The position numbers were made by a program, and so were the translations under genes. A stretch of DNA of 64,000 nt from the human T2T-CHM13v2.0 reference genome, Homo sapiens: the NCBI RefSeq assembly GCF_009914755.1, contig NC_060932.1; one strand, given 5' to 3'. Shown here piece by piece: positions 1 through 17,281 of this stretch. The number at the start of each line of letters is the position of its first letter. The first letter of the stretch is position 1. The notes beneath the pieces are model-generated. The model saw only the letters and a list, made by a program, of their open reading frames with translations, made no database searches and was not told where the DNA came from.

Positions 1-1504
<1,504 letters not shown>

Positions 1505-2413
1505 TCATTCATAGCCAAAGACTTAATAATTACAATCAACTGTCAATCAAAAAAAAATCTCATGACTTTTAGGTTCTTTTCAAAGAAATGGGTAATAAAT
1601 CTGGGGTGAGTTCATTGTCTCCCAAAGTTCTCACTGTTCAGTAAAGTTGCATAGCAGAACACAAACTAGGATTCTCAAAAGCATTAATGAGATCTCAGCT
1701 TGCTTTTCTTTCCTTTCTTTAAAACTTTATTTTTAATCAACAATGGTGGTTATCAACTGGCTTTTCAAGTTATTCTATCAATATCTATTATTCTAGGAAT
1801 TTAAAGCATGCAAATACGTCATTTACAATGTTTTCTTTTGAAGGCTGGCATTTGTTTTCAAAGAAACGACATCTTGGGAAACAGCCACTCCACAGGTATT
1901 ACACAAACAAAAGTGATGCCAGCAAAAATGAAAGAAAGAAAAAAGGGTATTTTCTTTGTTGGGTTGCCAGCATGGCCCTAGGATAAAGCAGACTTGCAAA
2001 CAGAGGTACAGGTTGGTGTTGCAGAGGCCCATTTTCTCCAGGTTTTGACAGCGCTTATCATTATTATTAATTTTTAAGTAAACTTTAAAAGTGTAACATA
2101 CAGACGGAAAAGTTCACAAATTGTAGGTGTCCACCTCAACTGTATTTTTGCAGAGAATATATTCGTGTCACTGTCACTCAGATCAAGAAATAGAATATTA
2201 CAGTCATCCCAGAAATTCCTTTTGTATACCCTTTCCAGTTCCTGTCCTCTCATATAATCACTATTCAAATTTCTAACACTATGGATTACTTTTGCCTCAG
2301 GCAAAAATGGATGAATTTTTGTTTGCTTTCATTTTTTGTTGTTACCTGAAGTGTAGGGAGGATCTAGGACAATTTCTGAGGCAAAGTTGAAATACCAGGT
2401 CCCATACTTTTTG

Positions 2414-2567
2414 GCAGCGATTCTCAAGGCATGGCCACAGACCAGCAGTATTTGCATGCAAATTATAGGTTCCCATCTCAGGCCTACTTAACTAGGAACT
2501 CTGGGGGTGGGGTCCAGCAATCATCCTCCAGGAAAATCTGACTCTAGTCAAGTTTGAGAAGGGCTGC
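2414..2567. mobile_element. MER5A-like hAT-Charlie MITE
   Basis: cagcgattctcaa...aagtttgagaagggctg termini with the typical gaactctgggggtggggtccagcaatc core. Confidence 0.6.
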
Positions 2568-3073
2568 GCCATAGGTTCATTTAAAAAAAGGACTGAGCTT
2601 AGTTGTTTGCCAGGCTTCCCAATGGCTGAGAGGGACATGGAATGGTGAACTGAGCTTCCCCTGTCAGTTTTCAGAGAAAGAATACAAAAGACATAGAGCA
2701 GAGAGGCCTGTTGCTTTTTATCATCAAAAAGAACAGCAAGGTTCTCAACCAAAAGTATTCTTCAGATATCCTTTAATAGGCTTCTTTTTAAAAAATCATT
2801 CAGTTAAATATAAATGGTTGGACCCTGTCCCAGTCCTACTGAGTAAAAATCTCCAGAGATTGAAGCCTGGGCTTATGCTTTAAATGTTCCACAAATTATA
2901 CAGATTGAAGACCACCACAGGCCTCTCTGAGGCTAAGCTGGAGCCCCTAAGGAGCTGAGCCTATTGATAGTTGTCCCCAGAAGGGCAATACAACAGGTGG
3001 CTTCTGGAGAGTATGTTAGTTATGGACTACTGACTAACAAATTCCCCCAGTTAAAATATGGCTTAAAATTCCA

Positions 3074-3380
3074 GGCCAGCCACAGTGACTCATGCCTGTG
3101 ATCCCAGCACTTTGGGAGGCTGAAGTGGGAGGATTACTCGAGCTCAGGAGTTTGAGACCAGCCTGGGCAAGTAGGGAGGCCCCAACTCTACAAAAAATTT
3201 AAAAATTAGTCAGGCATGGTGGTGCACACCTGTAGTCCCAGCTACTCAGGAGGCTGAGGTGGGAGGATTGCTTGGGCCCAGGTCAAGGCTGCAGTAAAAG
3301 CCATGATTGCACTACTGCACTCCAGCCTGGGTGACAGAGCAAGACCCTTACTGAAAAACAAAAAAACAAAACAAAACAAA
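3074..3380 (+). mobile_element. AluJ-type SINE
   Basis: Dimeric Alu with (CAAAA)n tail. TSD aaaattcca at 3065-3073 and 3378-3386. Confidence 0.9.
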
Positions 3381-3696
3381 ATTCCAAACATCTGTTATCT
3401 CACAGTATCTGTAGGTCATGAATTTGGGAATGGCTTAGCTGAGTGGTTCTGGCTCAGGAATTTGCAGTCAGGATGCTGACAGGGGTTGCAGGCATCTGAA
3501 GGCTTGACTGGGGTTGAGGATCCACTTCTAAGATGGCTCCCTCTTATGGCCATTGGCAGGAAGCCTCAGTTTCTTGCCATATGAGCCTTTCCAAAGGCTG
3601 CTTGAGTGTCCTCCTGACATGGCAGCTTGTTTCCTCCAAAGAAAAAAAGGAACTGCTATGCCTTTTCTGATCTGGTCTTCAAAGGCACACACCATG

Positions 3697-4328
3697 TTTG
3701 TTGTTATTGTTTCTCTGATTTTTAGATTTCAATAGTTTTGGGGGAACAGGTGGTTTTTGGTTACATGGATAAGTTCTTTAGTGGTGATGTCTGAGATTTT
3801 GGTGTACCCATCACCCGAGCAGTGTACACTGTACCCAATGTGCAGTCTTTTATCTCTCACCACCCTCCCACCCTTCCTCCTGAGTCCCCAGAGTGCATTA
3901 TATCATTCTTCTGCCTTTGCATTCTCATAGCTTAGTTCCCATTTATAAGAACATGAGATATTTGGCTTTCCATTCCTGAGTTACTTCACTTAGAATAATA
4001 GTTTCCAACTTCATCCAGGTTGCTGCAAATGCCATTATTTTTTCTTTTATATGACTGAGTAGTATTCTGTGGTGTATGTATATCACATTTTTTTATCCAC
4101 TCATTGGTTGATGGGCATTTAGGTTGTTTCCACATTTTTGCAGTTGTGAATTGTGTTGCTATAAACATGAATGTGAAAGTGTCTTTTTCATATAATGACT
4201 TCTTTTCCTCTGGGTAGAGACCCAGTCATGGGATTGCTGGATCAAATGGTAGTTCTACTTATAGTTCTTTAAGGAACCTCCATCCTGTTTTCCATAGTGG
4301 TTTTACTAGTTTACATTCCCACCAGCAG
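3697..4328 (-). mobile_element. 5'-truncated L1PB-type 3' end
   Basis: ORF2 C-terminus MFIATQFTTAKMWKQPKCPS and L1PB-like 3'UTR. TSD acacaccatg at 3687-3696 and 4329-4338. Confidence 0.85.
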
Positions 4329-4822
4329 ACACACCATGAGTTCTGGTTTATTCTTTTTGTTAGAAGTGAGTCACTAAGTCCAATACACATTCAAGAAAAT
4401 GAGAATTAGGCTCCACTAGGATACAAGGAAGAGTACCAAAGCATCTGTAGACATATCTATATCTTAAAACCACCATAGAGAAGCTTTCAGATGAAGTAAA
4501 GTCCTGTAAAAAGCCTGTTAGCAAATGTAGAGGGAGAGTTTTTGAAGCTGTGTACCAGTAGCCTATGATGATCTTGCAGATCCAAGTAAAGAGGGAAATC
4601 ATTCTTTTTTTTTTTTAATTATACTTTAAGTTTTACGGTACATGTGCACATTGTGCAGGTTAGTTACATATGTATACATGTGCCATGCTGGTGTGCTGCA
4701 CCCACTAACTCGTCATCTAGCATTAGGTATATCTCCCGAAGCTATCCCTCCCCCCTCCCCCCACCCCACAACAGTCCCCAGAGTGTGATATTCCCCTTCC
4801 TGTGTCCATGTGATCTCATTGT

Positions 4823-8677
<3,855 letters not shown>

Positions 8678-8713
8678 TTAGTTGATGCAGTTTCTTCCTA
8701 GTCTCGATGGTCT

Positions 8714-9730
8714 TTACATTTTGGCATGATTTTGCAGCGGCTGGTACCGGTTGTTCCTTTCCATGTTTAGTGCTTCCTTCAGGAGCTCTTGTAAGGCAGG
8801 CCTGGTGGTGACAAAATCTCTCAGCATTTGCTTGTTTGTAAAGTATTTTATTTCTCCTTCACTTATGAAGCTTAGTTTGGCTGGATATGAAATTCTGGGT
8901 TGAAAATTCTTTTCTTTAAGAATGTTGAATATTGGCCCCCACTCTCTTCTGGCTTGTAGGGTTTCTGCCGAGACATCTGCTGTTAGTCTGATGGGCTTCC
9001 CTTTGAGGGTAACCCGACCTTTCTCTCTGGCTGCCCTTAACATTTTTTCCTTCATTTCAACTTTGGTGAATCTGACAATTGTGTGTCTTGGAGTTGCTCT
9101 TCTCGAGGAGTATCTTTGTGGCGTTGTCTGTATTTCCTGAATCTGAACGTTGGCCTGCCTTGCTAGATTAGGGAAGTTCTCCTGGATAATATCTTGCAGA
9201 GTGTTTTCCAACTTGGTTCCATTCTCCCCATCACTTTCAGGTACACCAATCAGATGTAGATTTGGTCTTTTCAAATAGTCCCATATTTCTTGGAGGCTTT
9301 GTTCATTTCTTTTTATTCTTTTTTCTCTAAACTTCCCTTCTTGCTTCATTTCATTCATTTCATCTTCCATCGCTGATACCCTTTCTTCCAGTTGATCGCA
9401 TCGGCTCCTGAGGCTTCTGCATTCTTCACGTAGTTCTCGAGCCTTGGTTTTCAGCTCCATCAGCTCCTTTAAGCACTTCTCTGTATTGGTTATTCTAGTT
9501 ATACATTCTTCTAAATTTTTTTCAAAGTTTTCAACTTCTTTGCCTTTGGTTTGAATGTCCTCCTGTAGCTCAGAGTAATTTGATCGTCTGAAGCCTTCTT
9601 CTCTCAGCTCGTCAAAGTCATTCTCCATCCAGCTTTGTTCCGCTGCTGGTGAGGAACTGCGTTCCCTTGGAGGAGGAGAGGCGCTCTGCTTTTTAGAGTT
9701 TCCAGTTTTCCTGTTCTGTTTTTTCCCCAT
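8714..9730 (-). CDS. L1 ORF1p RNA-binding chaperone, intact 338 aa
   Basis: MGKKQNRK...NHAKM, canonical length. REKG, ARR and YPAKLS motifs are present. Confidence 0.95.
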   Translation of the reverse strand: MGKKQNRKTGNSKKQSASPPPRERSSSPAAEQSWMENDFDELREEGFRRSNYSELQEDIQTKGKEVENFEKNLEECITRITNTEKCLKELMELKTKARELREECRSLRSRCDQLEERVSAMEDEMNEMKQEGKFREKRIKRNEQSLQEIWDYLKRPNLHLIGVPESDGENGTKLENTLQDIIQENFPNLARQANVQIQEIQTTPQRYSSRRATPRHTIVRFTKVEMKEKMLRAAREKGRVTLKGKPIRLTADVSAETLQARREWGPIFNILKEKNFQPRISYPAKLSFISEGEIKYFTNKQMLRDFVTTRPALQELLKEALNMERNNRYQPLQNHAKM

Positions 9731-10630
9731 CTTTGTGGTTTTATCTACTTTTGGTCTTTGATGATGGTGATGTACAGATGGGTTTTTGGTGTGGATGTCC
9801 TTTCTGTTTGTTAGTTTTCCTTCTAACAGACAGGACCCTCAGCTGCAGGTCTGTTGGAGTACCCTGCCGTGTGAGGTGTCAGTGTGCCCCTGCTGGGGGG
9901 TGCCTCCCAGTTAGGCTGCTCGGGGGTCAGGGGTCAGGGACCCACTTGAGGAGGCAGTCTGCCCGTTCTCAGATCTCCAGCTGCGTGCTGGGAGAACCAC
10001 TGCTCTCTTCAAAGCTGTCAGACAGGGACATTTAAGTCTGCAGAGGTTACTGCTGTCTTTTTGTTTGTCTGTGCCCTGCCCCCAGAGGTGGAGCCTACAG
10101 AGGCAGGCAGGCCTCCTTGAGCTGTGGTGGGCTCCACCCAGTTCGAGCTTCCCGGCTGCTTTGTTTACCTAATGAAGCCTGGGCAATGGCGGGCGCCCCT
10201 CCCCCAGCCTAGCTGCCACCTTGCAGTTGGATCTCAGACTGCTGTGCTAGCAATCAGCGAGACTCCGTGGGCGTAGGACCCTCTGAGCCAGGTGTGGGAT
10301 ATAATCTCGTGGTGTGCCATTTTTTAAGCCCCTCGGAAAAGCGCAGTATTCGGGTGGGAGTGACCCGATTTTCCAGGTGCTGTCCATCACCCCTTTCTTT
10401 GACTCAGAAAGGGAACTCCCTGACCCCTTGCACTTCCCAAGTGAGGCAATGCCTCGCCCTGCTTCGGCTCGCGCACGGTGCACGCACCCACTGACCTGCG
10501 CCCACTGTCTGGCACTCCCTAGTGAGATGAACCCAGTACCTCAGATGGAAATGCAGAAATCACCCATCTTCTGCATCGCTCACGCTGGGAGCTGTAGACC
10601 GGAGCTGTTCCTATTCGGCCATCTTGGCTC
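9731..10630 (-). promoter_or_regulatory. L1 5'UTR: internal sense promoter (YY1 site) and antisense promoter firing toward higher coordinates
   Basis: YY1 motif CAAGATGGCC (plus-strand ggccatcttg 10617-10626). CpG-rich. Promoter function is established knowledge for the family, not shown for this copy. Confidence 0.8.
10186..10494 (+). pseudogene. L1 ORF0 remnant, stop at codon 9
   Basis: ATG GCG GGC GCC CCT CCC CCA GCC TAG (MAGAPPPA*). The same frame continues as GVGPSEPGVGYNLVV...IRVGVTRFSRC. Confidence 0.8.
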
Positions 10631-11182
10631 TGGTTCCCGGAAATCATCCTTTTTAACTAAGCTTTGGCTCTGGCTTATAAGATGAGACATATGTTAGACT
10701 TAAGATAGGAGTCAATGACAATAGGAGAGTTGAGAATGAGCCTCTCACTGACAACACGTGAGAGCAGCATGAAACCACTAAATATGATGGTGGGCTAAGA
10801 ATTGTTGGGCTGATCTGACAAAACTTTGGCATGGAAAAAGTGCCAAATTATTTGTCAATTATTTGTGCACTGAGTAATTAAAAGAATTCAGCAACCTACC
10901 TTCCCCCTTTTTTTCCCTCACCCCCAACAAAACCCAAAGGGAGAGAAGAAAGGTCTACAAAATTCCTCTTTTAATATCAATGAGCTCTACTAGCTAAGGC
11001 AAACGATAGGTACTTGGTGTCCCTGAAGTCCTTCAAATCCCTGGGTGACAACTCAAGATTCTCAACAAGGTCATGGGGTGATTTTATACCTATATATCTC
11101 CATTGCCTGGCATTAACTGAACTTCAGATACACGCATTTTGACCTAATTTGTTATTTGACCTCATTTTACCAAAACGTGATC

Positions 11183-12849
11183 CAGTGTAATGCATGTTCC
11201 AGAAGAGAAAGTGATAGAGAGTAAAGACATTCCATTCCTGGCTGGCTGTGCAGTAGTTCTTTCAGCAGCCCATATTCTCACCAATTGAAAAGATGCATGC
11301 TGGAATGCACACTGGCTTTATGACTTTCAGATTGGCTTTATGACTTATTGGATTCAGATTGGCTTTATGACTTATTGGCTGTGAAGCATTAGGTAAGTTA
11401 CTTAAACTCCCTAAGCCTCGATTTCTTTATCTGTAGAATGCCTCAATATACTTGTCTATTGAGATTATTGAAACGATGAAATGAAGTAACATGCATGAGA
11501 TGTCACAGTGCCATGCTCATCTTGATGAGTCTTCCTAGTTTACAATGAACAGTCTTTCCAAATTTGTGCACAATAAAATTGTATTGTATTGGTCCAATGA
11601 AGCATGGAGAGTCCTCCAGGGCAGGTGGGCTATAGTCCAACTCCCTTCCAGAGTACTGGGATTTGCAGAAAAATGCAAGCCCCAGGAAAAACTAAAAGGT
11701 TATACAAAGGCTCTTTCTACTATCCTGGAATGGAAAATAAAATAACTTTAGGGAAAGATGCATGAGTCTTTTGCAAGATACTGAAAGATTTGGGGCAAAC
11801 CTGATAACATGTCACCCTTTAACCCATCTACCTCTTTGTTCTAAAAACAAAAAAGAGCTATATGAGGTTCCTGTTAAGGGGCACAAGTTAATGAGAGTTG
11901 TGGCCGTAACTAGAGCTACAATTAGCTGTTGAAGTCTCTTTGCTTTCTCATAGCCTGAGCTAATCAGTGACTCTGTGGTGAAAAGAGATGAGAATGGTTT
12001 CATTTTTTTAGTAGGTTTTTGCTGATAACATACCCCAAAAGAACCATTTTGTAGGGTCAAATGTTTAGTATTATGTGTTTTTTTAAAAAGGTAGTTTCAA
12101 CTTCAACAATTACATAATGAACATATGGAAGGAGGTAAAATGAGGAAATGCAGTAAGAAGAGGGTAGGGAGAAGGAGAGAAAAAGGAAAACGGAAAAAAC
12201 TCAAGAGTGAAAACTAAGTGGTGTGTGAAAATGTCATTGTGCCTGGGTGGTTGAAGTCATTAAAGTCAGAGAGCCAAAAATACCTAACAGAGTGGAGCGA
12301 AAAAAGAGCCGGACAGAACAGTGAGAATAATATATCACTGATGTAAAAACAACTCATATGATGCTTGTAAATGTGGAAACTATAACTATCCCTGGAGGGG
12401 TATAGAGATGAGTTCAATTAGGAGGGAAACTGAGTGACAGGAGGACAAAATTGGAAGGGAGATTTTTACTGTATAACTTTGTATCTTTTAAATTTTGTTC
12501 CAGGCGCATTTATCATGTATTCAATGCATTTAAACAGAAGAGGAGAAGGACGGGCCATAGGATAGAACTATTGGTTAAAACCATCTTGTCTCAAGCCCAA
12601 GCTGTCATTTGTGAACTATGCTTCTTATGGATATCTGTTGTTTGTCTGCCATTTCCATACCCTGCTTTTCTGGTAACAGGCTTTATCCTCAATCTCATTC
12701 TAAGTGGTCTGGGGGATTTGATGGCTTGAGGGTTGTAGGTGTGAAACAATTTGGACCAAAGAGATCCAGGCCCAGAGTTTCTACTGAATGCAGTGTAATG
12801 CACATTCCAGAATAGAAAGTGATAGAGAGTAAAGAAATTCTATTCCAGG
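11183..12849 (+). repeat. Dispersed 59-bp direct repeat (11183-11241 and 12791-12849)
   Basis: cagtgtaatgcatgttccagaagagaaagtgatagagagtaaagacattccattcctgg vs cagtgtaatgcacattccagaatagaaagtgatagagagtaaagaaattctattccagg; 53/59 identical, ungapped. Confidence 0.9.
11313..11378 (+). repeat. Short tandem triplication at the start of a MIR-like element
   Basis: tggctttatgactt x3; ttcagattggctttatgacttattgg x2. Confidence 0.85.
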
Positions 12850-13547
12850 AATAATTGTTAAGGAGACTTTTTCCCCCTCATTGTAAATACTGGGGGGTTG
12901 GATGGAATCACGGATCTGTGATGACCACCTTGCCATCGAGAGGGAAGGACTTGGTCTGCTACATTCCTTTTTTTTTTTTCTTAAGCCAGTTCAAATTGGG
13001 CTACTTTCAAAATACAACCAAAAGTCCTGACTCATACACTGACCTCAAATAGGTCTTTTCATTTTTCTGAGCCTCAAATTTCTTCATCCCATGTAAAATT
13101 GAGATGGTTGTGGTAATGATCAAAGTGGTGATGATGATGATAATGAAGGTGATAACATTCACAGGGTTACTGGAGTATCAAATGAGATAATAATTATGGA
13201 AGTGCTTTGTGACCTGATGTTAGTAGTTGTCACTTATGTTTTTAGCATTTTAAGACTTTCTGTTGACTCAGTAAATGGGGGAAAAAACTACATTAGTGAA
13301 CATAATGTTTTCCTATTATCTATAGCTATAGGTCTCTCTTAGAAATTCTATTAGTAAAGAGTCAAGGCATGCATATTGAAACAGAAAATCCCAGTAAATC
13401 TCTTGGGTTACAAAACGGAGTAAGAAACATGCAATGCTGTCACAGCTAATTAGCAAGTGTTCTAGAACACTGATGAGGTGTCTGGCGTGTGTCATGTGCT
13501 GTAGAGGCAACTGGAGTACATGGTCTCTGCCTCCAATTAACTCACCC

Positions 13548-14031
13548 TGTGCAGTGCATTGAATAGTATCCCTCCAAAATTCATGTTCCTGGGGAACCTC
13601 AGGATGTGACTTTATTTGGAAATAGGATCTTTGCAGATGTAATTAAGGGAAGGATTCAGATGAGATCCTTATCACATTATCTCATTATTCCACCCAGTGT
13701 ATTAGGGTGGGTCCTAAATCCAATGAGAGTGCTATTATAAGAGACAGAAAAGACATAGAGACATGCAGAAAAGAAGGTGATGTGAAGGTGGAGGCAGAGT
13801 TTGGAGTGATGCAGCTGCAAGACAGGGAATGCCAATGAGGGCAGGCAACCACGAGAAGTTAGGAGAGAGGTATGAAATGGTTTCTCCCTGAAAACATCTG
13901 GAAGAAACCAACCCTGCTGACATTTTGATTGCAGACTTCTGGTCTACAAAGCTGAGCGAGGATAAATTTCTACTGTTTTAAGCCACCCAGTTTGTGGTAC
14001 TTTGTTATGCCAATCCTAGAAAACTATTACA
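13548..14031 (+). mobile_element. MLT1B/C-type MaLR solo LTR
   Basis: gaacctcaggatgtgactttatttggaaatagg...tttaagccacccagtttgtggtactttgtt...aactattaca. Confidence 0.8.
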
Positions 14032-14200
14032 CAAATACATCATGTAACTATCTTCCTGGGTATAGCAGAACCAGGACTGCACTACTATTTAAAATATATG
14101 GGCGCTTAAAGATATTCATAAGATGAATTTAGATCATTTAGAGCTGTGGAATCATGTGTCCATTTTAGCTCACTTTGGAGTTAAAAAGTTGTCTTCTTAG

Positions 14201-14481
14201 GGCCGGGTGCTGTGGCTCACGCCTGTAATCCCAGCACTTTGGGAGGCCGAGGCGGGCGGATCACAAGGTCAGGAGATCGAGACCATCCTGGCTAACACGG
14301 TGAAACCCCGTCTCTACTAAAAATACAAAAAATTAGCCGGGCATTGTGGTGGGTGCCTGTAGTCCCAGCTACTCGGGGGGTCTGAGGCAGGAGAATGGCG
14401 TGAACCCGGAAAGCGGAGCTTGCAGTGAGCCCAGATGGCGCCACTGCACTCCAGCCTGGGAGACAGAGCGAGACTCTGCCT

Positions 14482-14516
<35 letters not shown>
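14201..14516 (+). mobile_element. AluY with a pure A34 tail
   Basis: AluY diagnostics gagatcgagaccatcctggctaacacgg and gaatggcgtgaacc. TSD aaaaagttgtcttctt at 14183-14198 and 14512-14527, at a TT/AAAA site. Confidence 0.95.
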
Positions 14517-14519
<3 letters not shown>

Positions 14520-17176
14520 GTCTTCTTGGCAATAAATCTTACTCCCACTAACATTCAGTTTTATAGCCCAGAAAGAAAACGGGGAACCATTCTGATGTAA
14601 GGAACATACATAAAGCATGCTGGCCCAGGGTAGGTCTCCACTCTGTAAAGGACAGTACCCTCGACTTCCTTCTTGGGGTAAAGAAAATCTAGACAACTTC
14701 CTTGCTGGCTGATGAGCCCTACATTTCTGGAACTAGGAAAAAAGAGGGAGGGAGGGAGTAAAGCAGCAATAAAGTCAGGATGGCTGATTGGAGCTATTTT
14801 CAGCAGGCCAGTCTTTTATAACTCCTATTTTGTTCCCCAGTTGAACTGACCACTGCTTGATGAATTGTGTTTATCTGTAGTTCAGCGATAAAGTTCTCTT
14901 TTAATTCCCTGCTGAATAGAAATATTTAGGGCAATGCCACAGCTGTGTTTATTCTCACCCTCCACCACAGTTATGTAAATACTGCCTATGGAACTATTTC
15001 TGATAACAGCCCATCCCAACCCCAAGGAATTATACGCTCACTCTCGATGTCTGCCAAGATGAGCCGTTTCGATCCAGCTTGGCACGGCGTATGAATGATA
15101 TCACAGCTTCTCAGAGATCATTTGGCAAAACTCACAATAAAAGAGTAATTTTCTTCCCCTCTTGCTCTCTCAAAGGCTTTCATGGAGCCAAGTGATATTT
15201 CCCAGCATCCTCTACTTCCTCTGTTTAGAAACATGAGGCTAATACATAAAACTTGAAGCCTCCTACTACGAAATTAATAAATAAAACAAAACTCACAACC
15301 TGACAACAAAAGTTTCAAGTGACCTTTCCCCTCCAAGTGACTCTGGAGAAAACACAGATGAAACTAGTCAGGAGGATGAAGTCTTGCTGGCTTGCAGCAA
15401 CTTCGGGGAATCCAGGAGAATTCAAACCACATGGTCATTATGGTCGCCTTCAGTTCCTCAAATCTGTGATTCCTATGGCTGATGAAAAATACTTCTCAAC
15501 AGACAAATAAATAACAGTGGTTAACTCTAGATCATGACATTTTGGGGTGTTTTTATTTCCACCTTTCTGCTTTTCTGTAGTTTCTAGTTTTTTTCAGCGT
15601 AATCAGGAAAAAATTAGAAAACTTAAAAAAAAGAATACTTGTAAACCTTTTGCGATAATGTCATTGATGAAATGCTTCAGTAAAAAGAAGTATTCTTATG
15701 TGAAAAAGATAACATCAAAGCAAAAATTAGATTGTTTAAAAAATACTAAAATGGGTTGTAACTACAAGATGTAAAAGAAAGAGGTAAAAAGATTGGTAGT
15801 AATCACATTTGTAATAAGGATAAGTACTTGTTCCATGAAGAGGCAAACTCCACCACCATACTTGTTCACTTTTCTCATTTTATCCTCACACCATCCTATG
15901 AGGTGAATGGTATTAATGTGTCTATTTCACAGATAAGAAGATGGTGTCTTAGTGGGGTAGCCCATCCTGCCTCTTCCCATTAGTAAGAGGTAAAACTGGA
16001 ACTAGAACCAAAGTTCATTGAACTCCAAAGCCCATGTCTTAATCATTATGCTCCATCTAGCAGGATGGTTATAAAATGTGGTGTTTTGAAAGCAGGGAAC
16101 ATATTTTATGTTGGTTGCTGTTCAATATCTTTTGAATACCCATCCTGTGTATTTGGAAAATTTTCCAAATTACATGTTGAGCTTCCCAAAGATAGAAGCC
16201 AGAATCCAAGTTCCCAGCCTTCCTTGTTGCTCAAGGACAGAACCACTCACACTGAATGGCAATTCTGAAGGAGGCAACATCAGGAAGTAAATGTGCATAG
16301 ACATGCATAGACTCCATCATCTGGAAGGCAGGAAGGAGGAGGCACCCCACTTTTAGGTAGAGCTTGGCCAATCTCAGGTGTCATTGGTGTGGGCTTAGGC
16401 AGTGTGTGAGTTGTGAGACAGTTGTTAAGGAGGTGACAACAGGGGTATTTTCCCTAGAGCAGCATTCACAGTGTGGTTGGTGTTGAGCCTGTTTTTTTTG
16501 AAATTTTGAGGAAATCCGTGAACACCATAATATCCTTAACTAGAGTTGGAGTTGATTCTATTGCCTGAAACTACAATCCTCAGCTAAGAATGTGGATTTA
16601 GGAAGCAGGTTGCCATGATGGGGGCTAAGGAGATCATTTAAGGAATGTGTCAAGTGTGAGCAGTTAATGAAAAAGAAACCAGAAGAGGTGTTCTGCTATT
16701 TTTCACAAAATCCCATTTCAAAAACAGGTCATGCATGATATAGTATTCTGCTAAGCTCTGAGGGAAACTGACAATATCTCTTGTGTTGGCTAGATTTCAG
16801 TTTTTCAGTGACACATACATTTACAAAATATGTGGAGAATTTCAGCACTTTGACCTTTCCTGGGGAAATGATATCATTATTAGTTTTAGATGAAAAGTCA
16901 GCTAATGTCAAAACTAAAGAAAATATTTTGTTTTCTCACTATGCATATCATCTATACCTCCCAAAATATTCTGTGGTTTTATCTTGCTCAGCTGATTTAA
17001 AAAAATAATAAGGCATCTAAATAGACAAGGTGCTATGCAGGGCAAATAAATGTGCATTTGTCTTATAATCTTAGTACTTACATTGATAAATAATCTATCC
17101 TACAGCCCAATCTAGATCATAGCATTTAGAGTCTGAGGGCCTATTTTTGCTTCTTTTGAATTAGATTATTTTAAAC

Positions 17177-17281
17177 TAGGGTTGCCAGAGTTAGCAAATA
17201 AAAATGTTTGATGCCCAGTTAAAATTGAGTTTCAGATAAACACGGAATAATTTTTTAGCATTAGTATGTCCCATGTAATAT
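17177..17281. mobile_element. MER53-like hAT fragment
   Basis: tagggttgccagagttagcaaataaaaat...tttcagataaac matches the recalled MER53 terminus. Confidence 0.65.

Larger units (their letters stand above)
3013..4476 (-). mobile_element. MLT1 (MLT1F/G-like) MaLR LTR, split by an Alu and an L1PB fragment
   Basis: gcttagctgagtggttctggctcagg and catctgaaggcttgactgggg motifs. The sequence rejoins across both insertions. Confidence 0.65.

Noticed and set aside
11183-12849. Direct repeats as a possible CRISPR-like array
   Set aside because: Only two copies 1.6 kb apart, no regular spacers, eukaryotic context.
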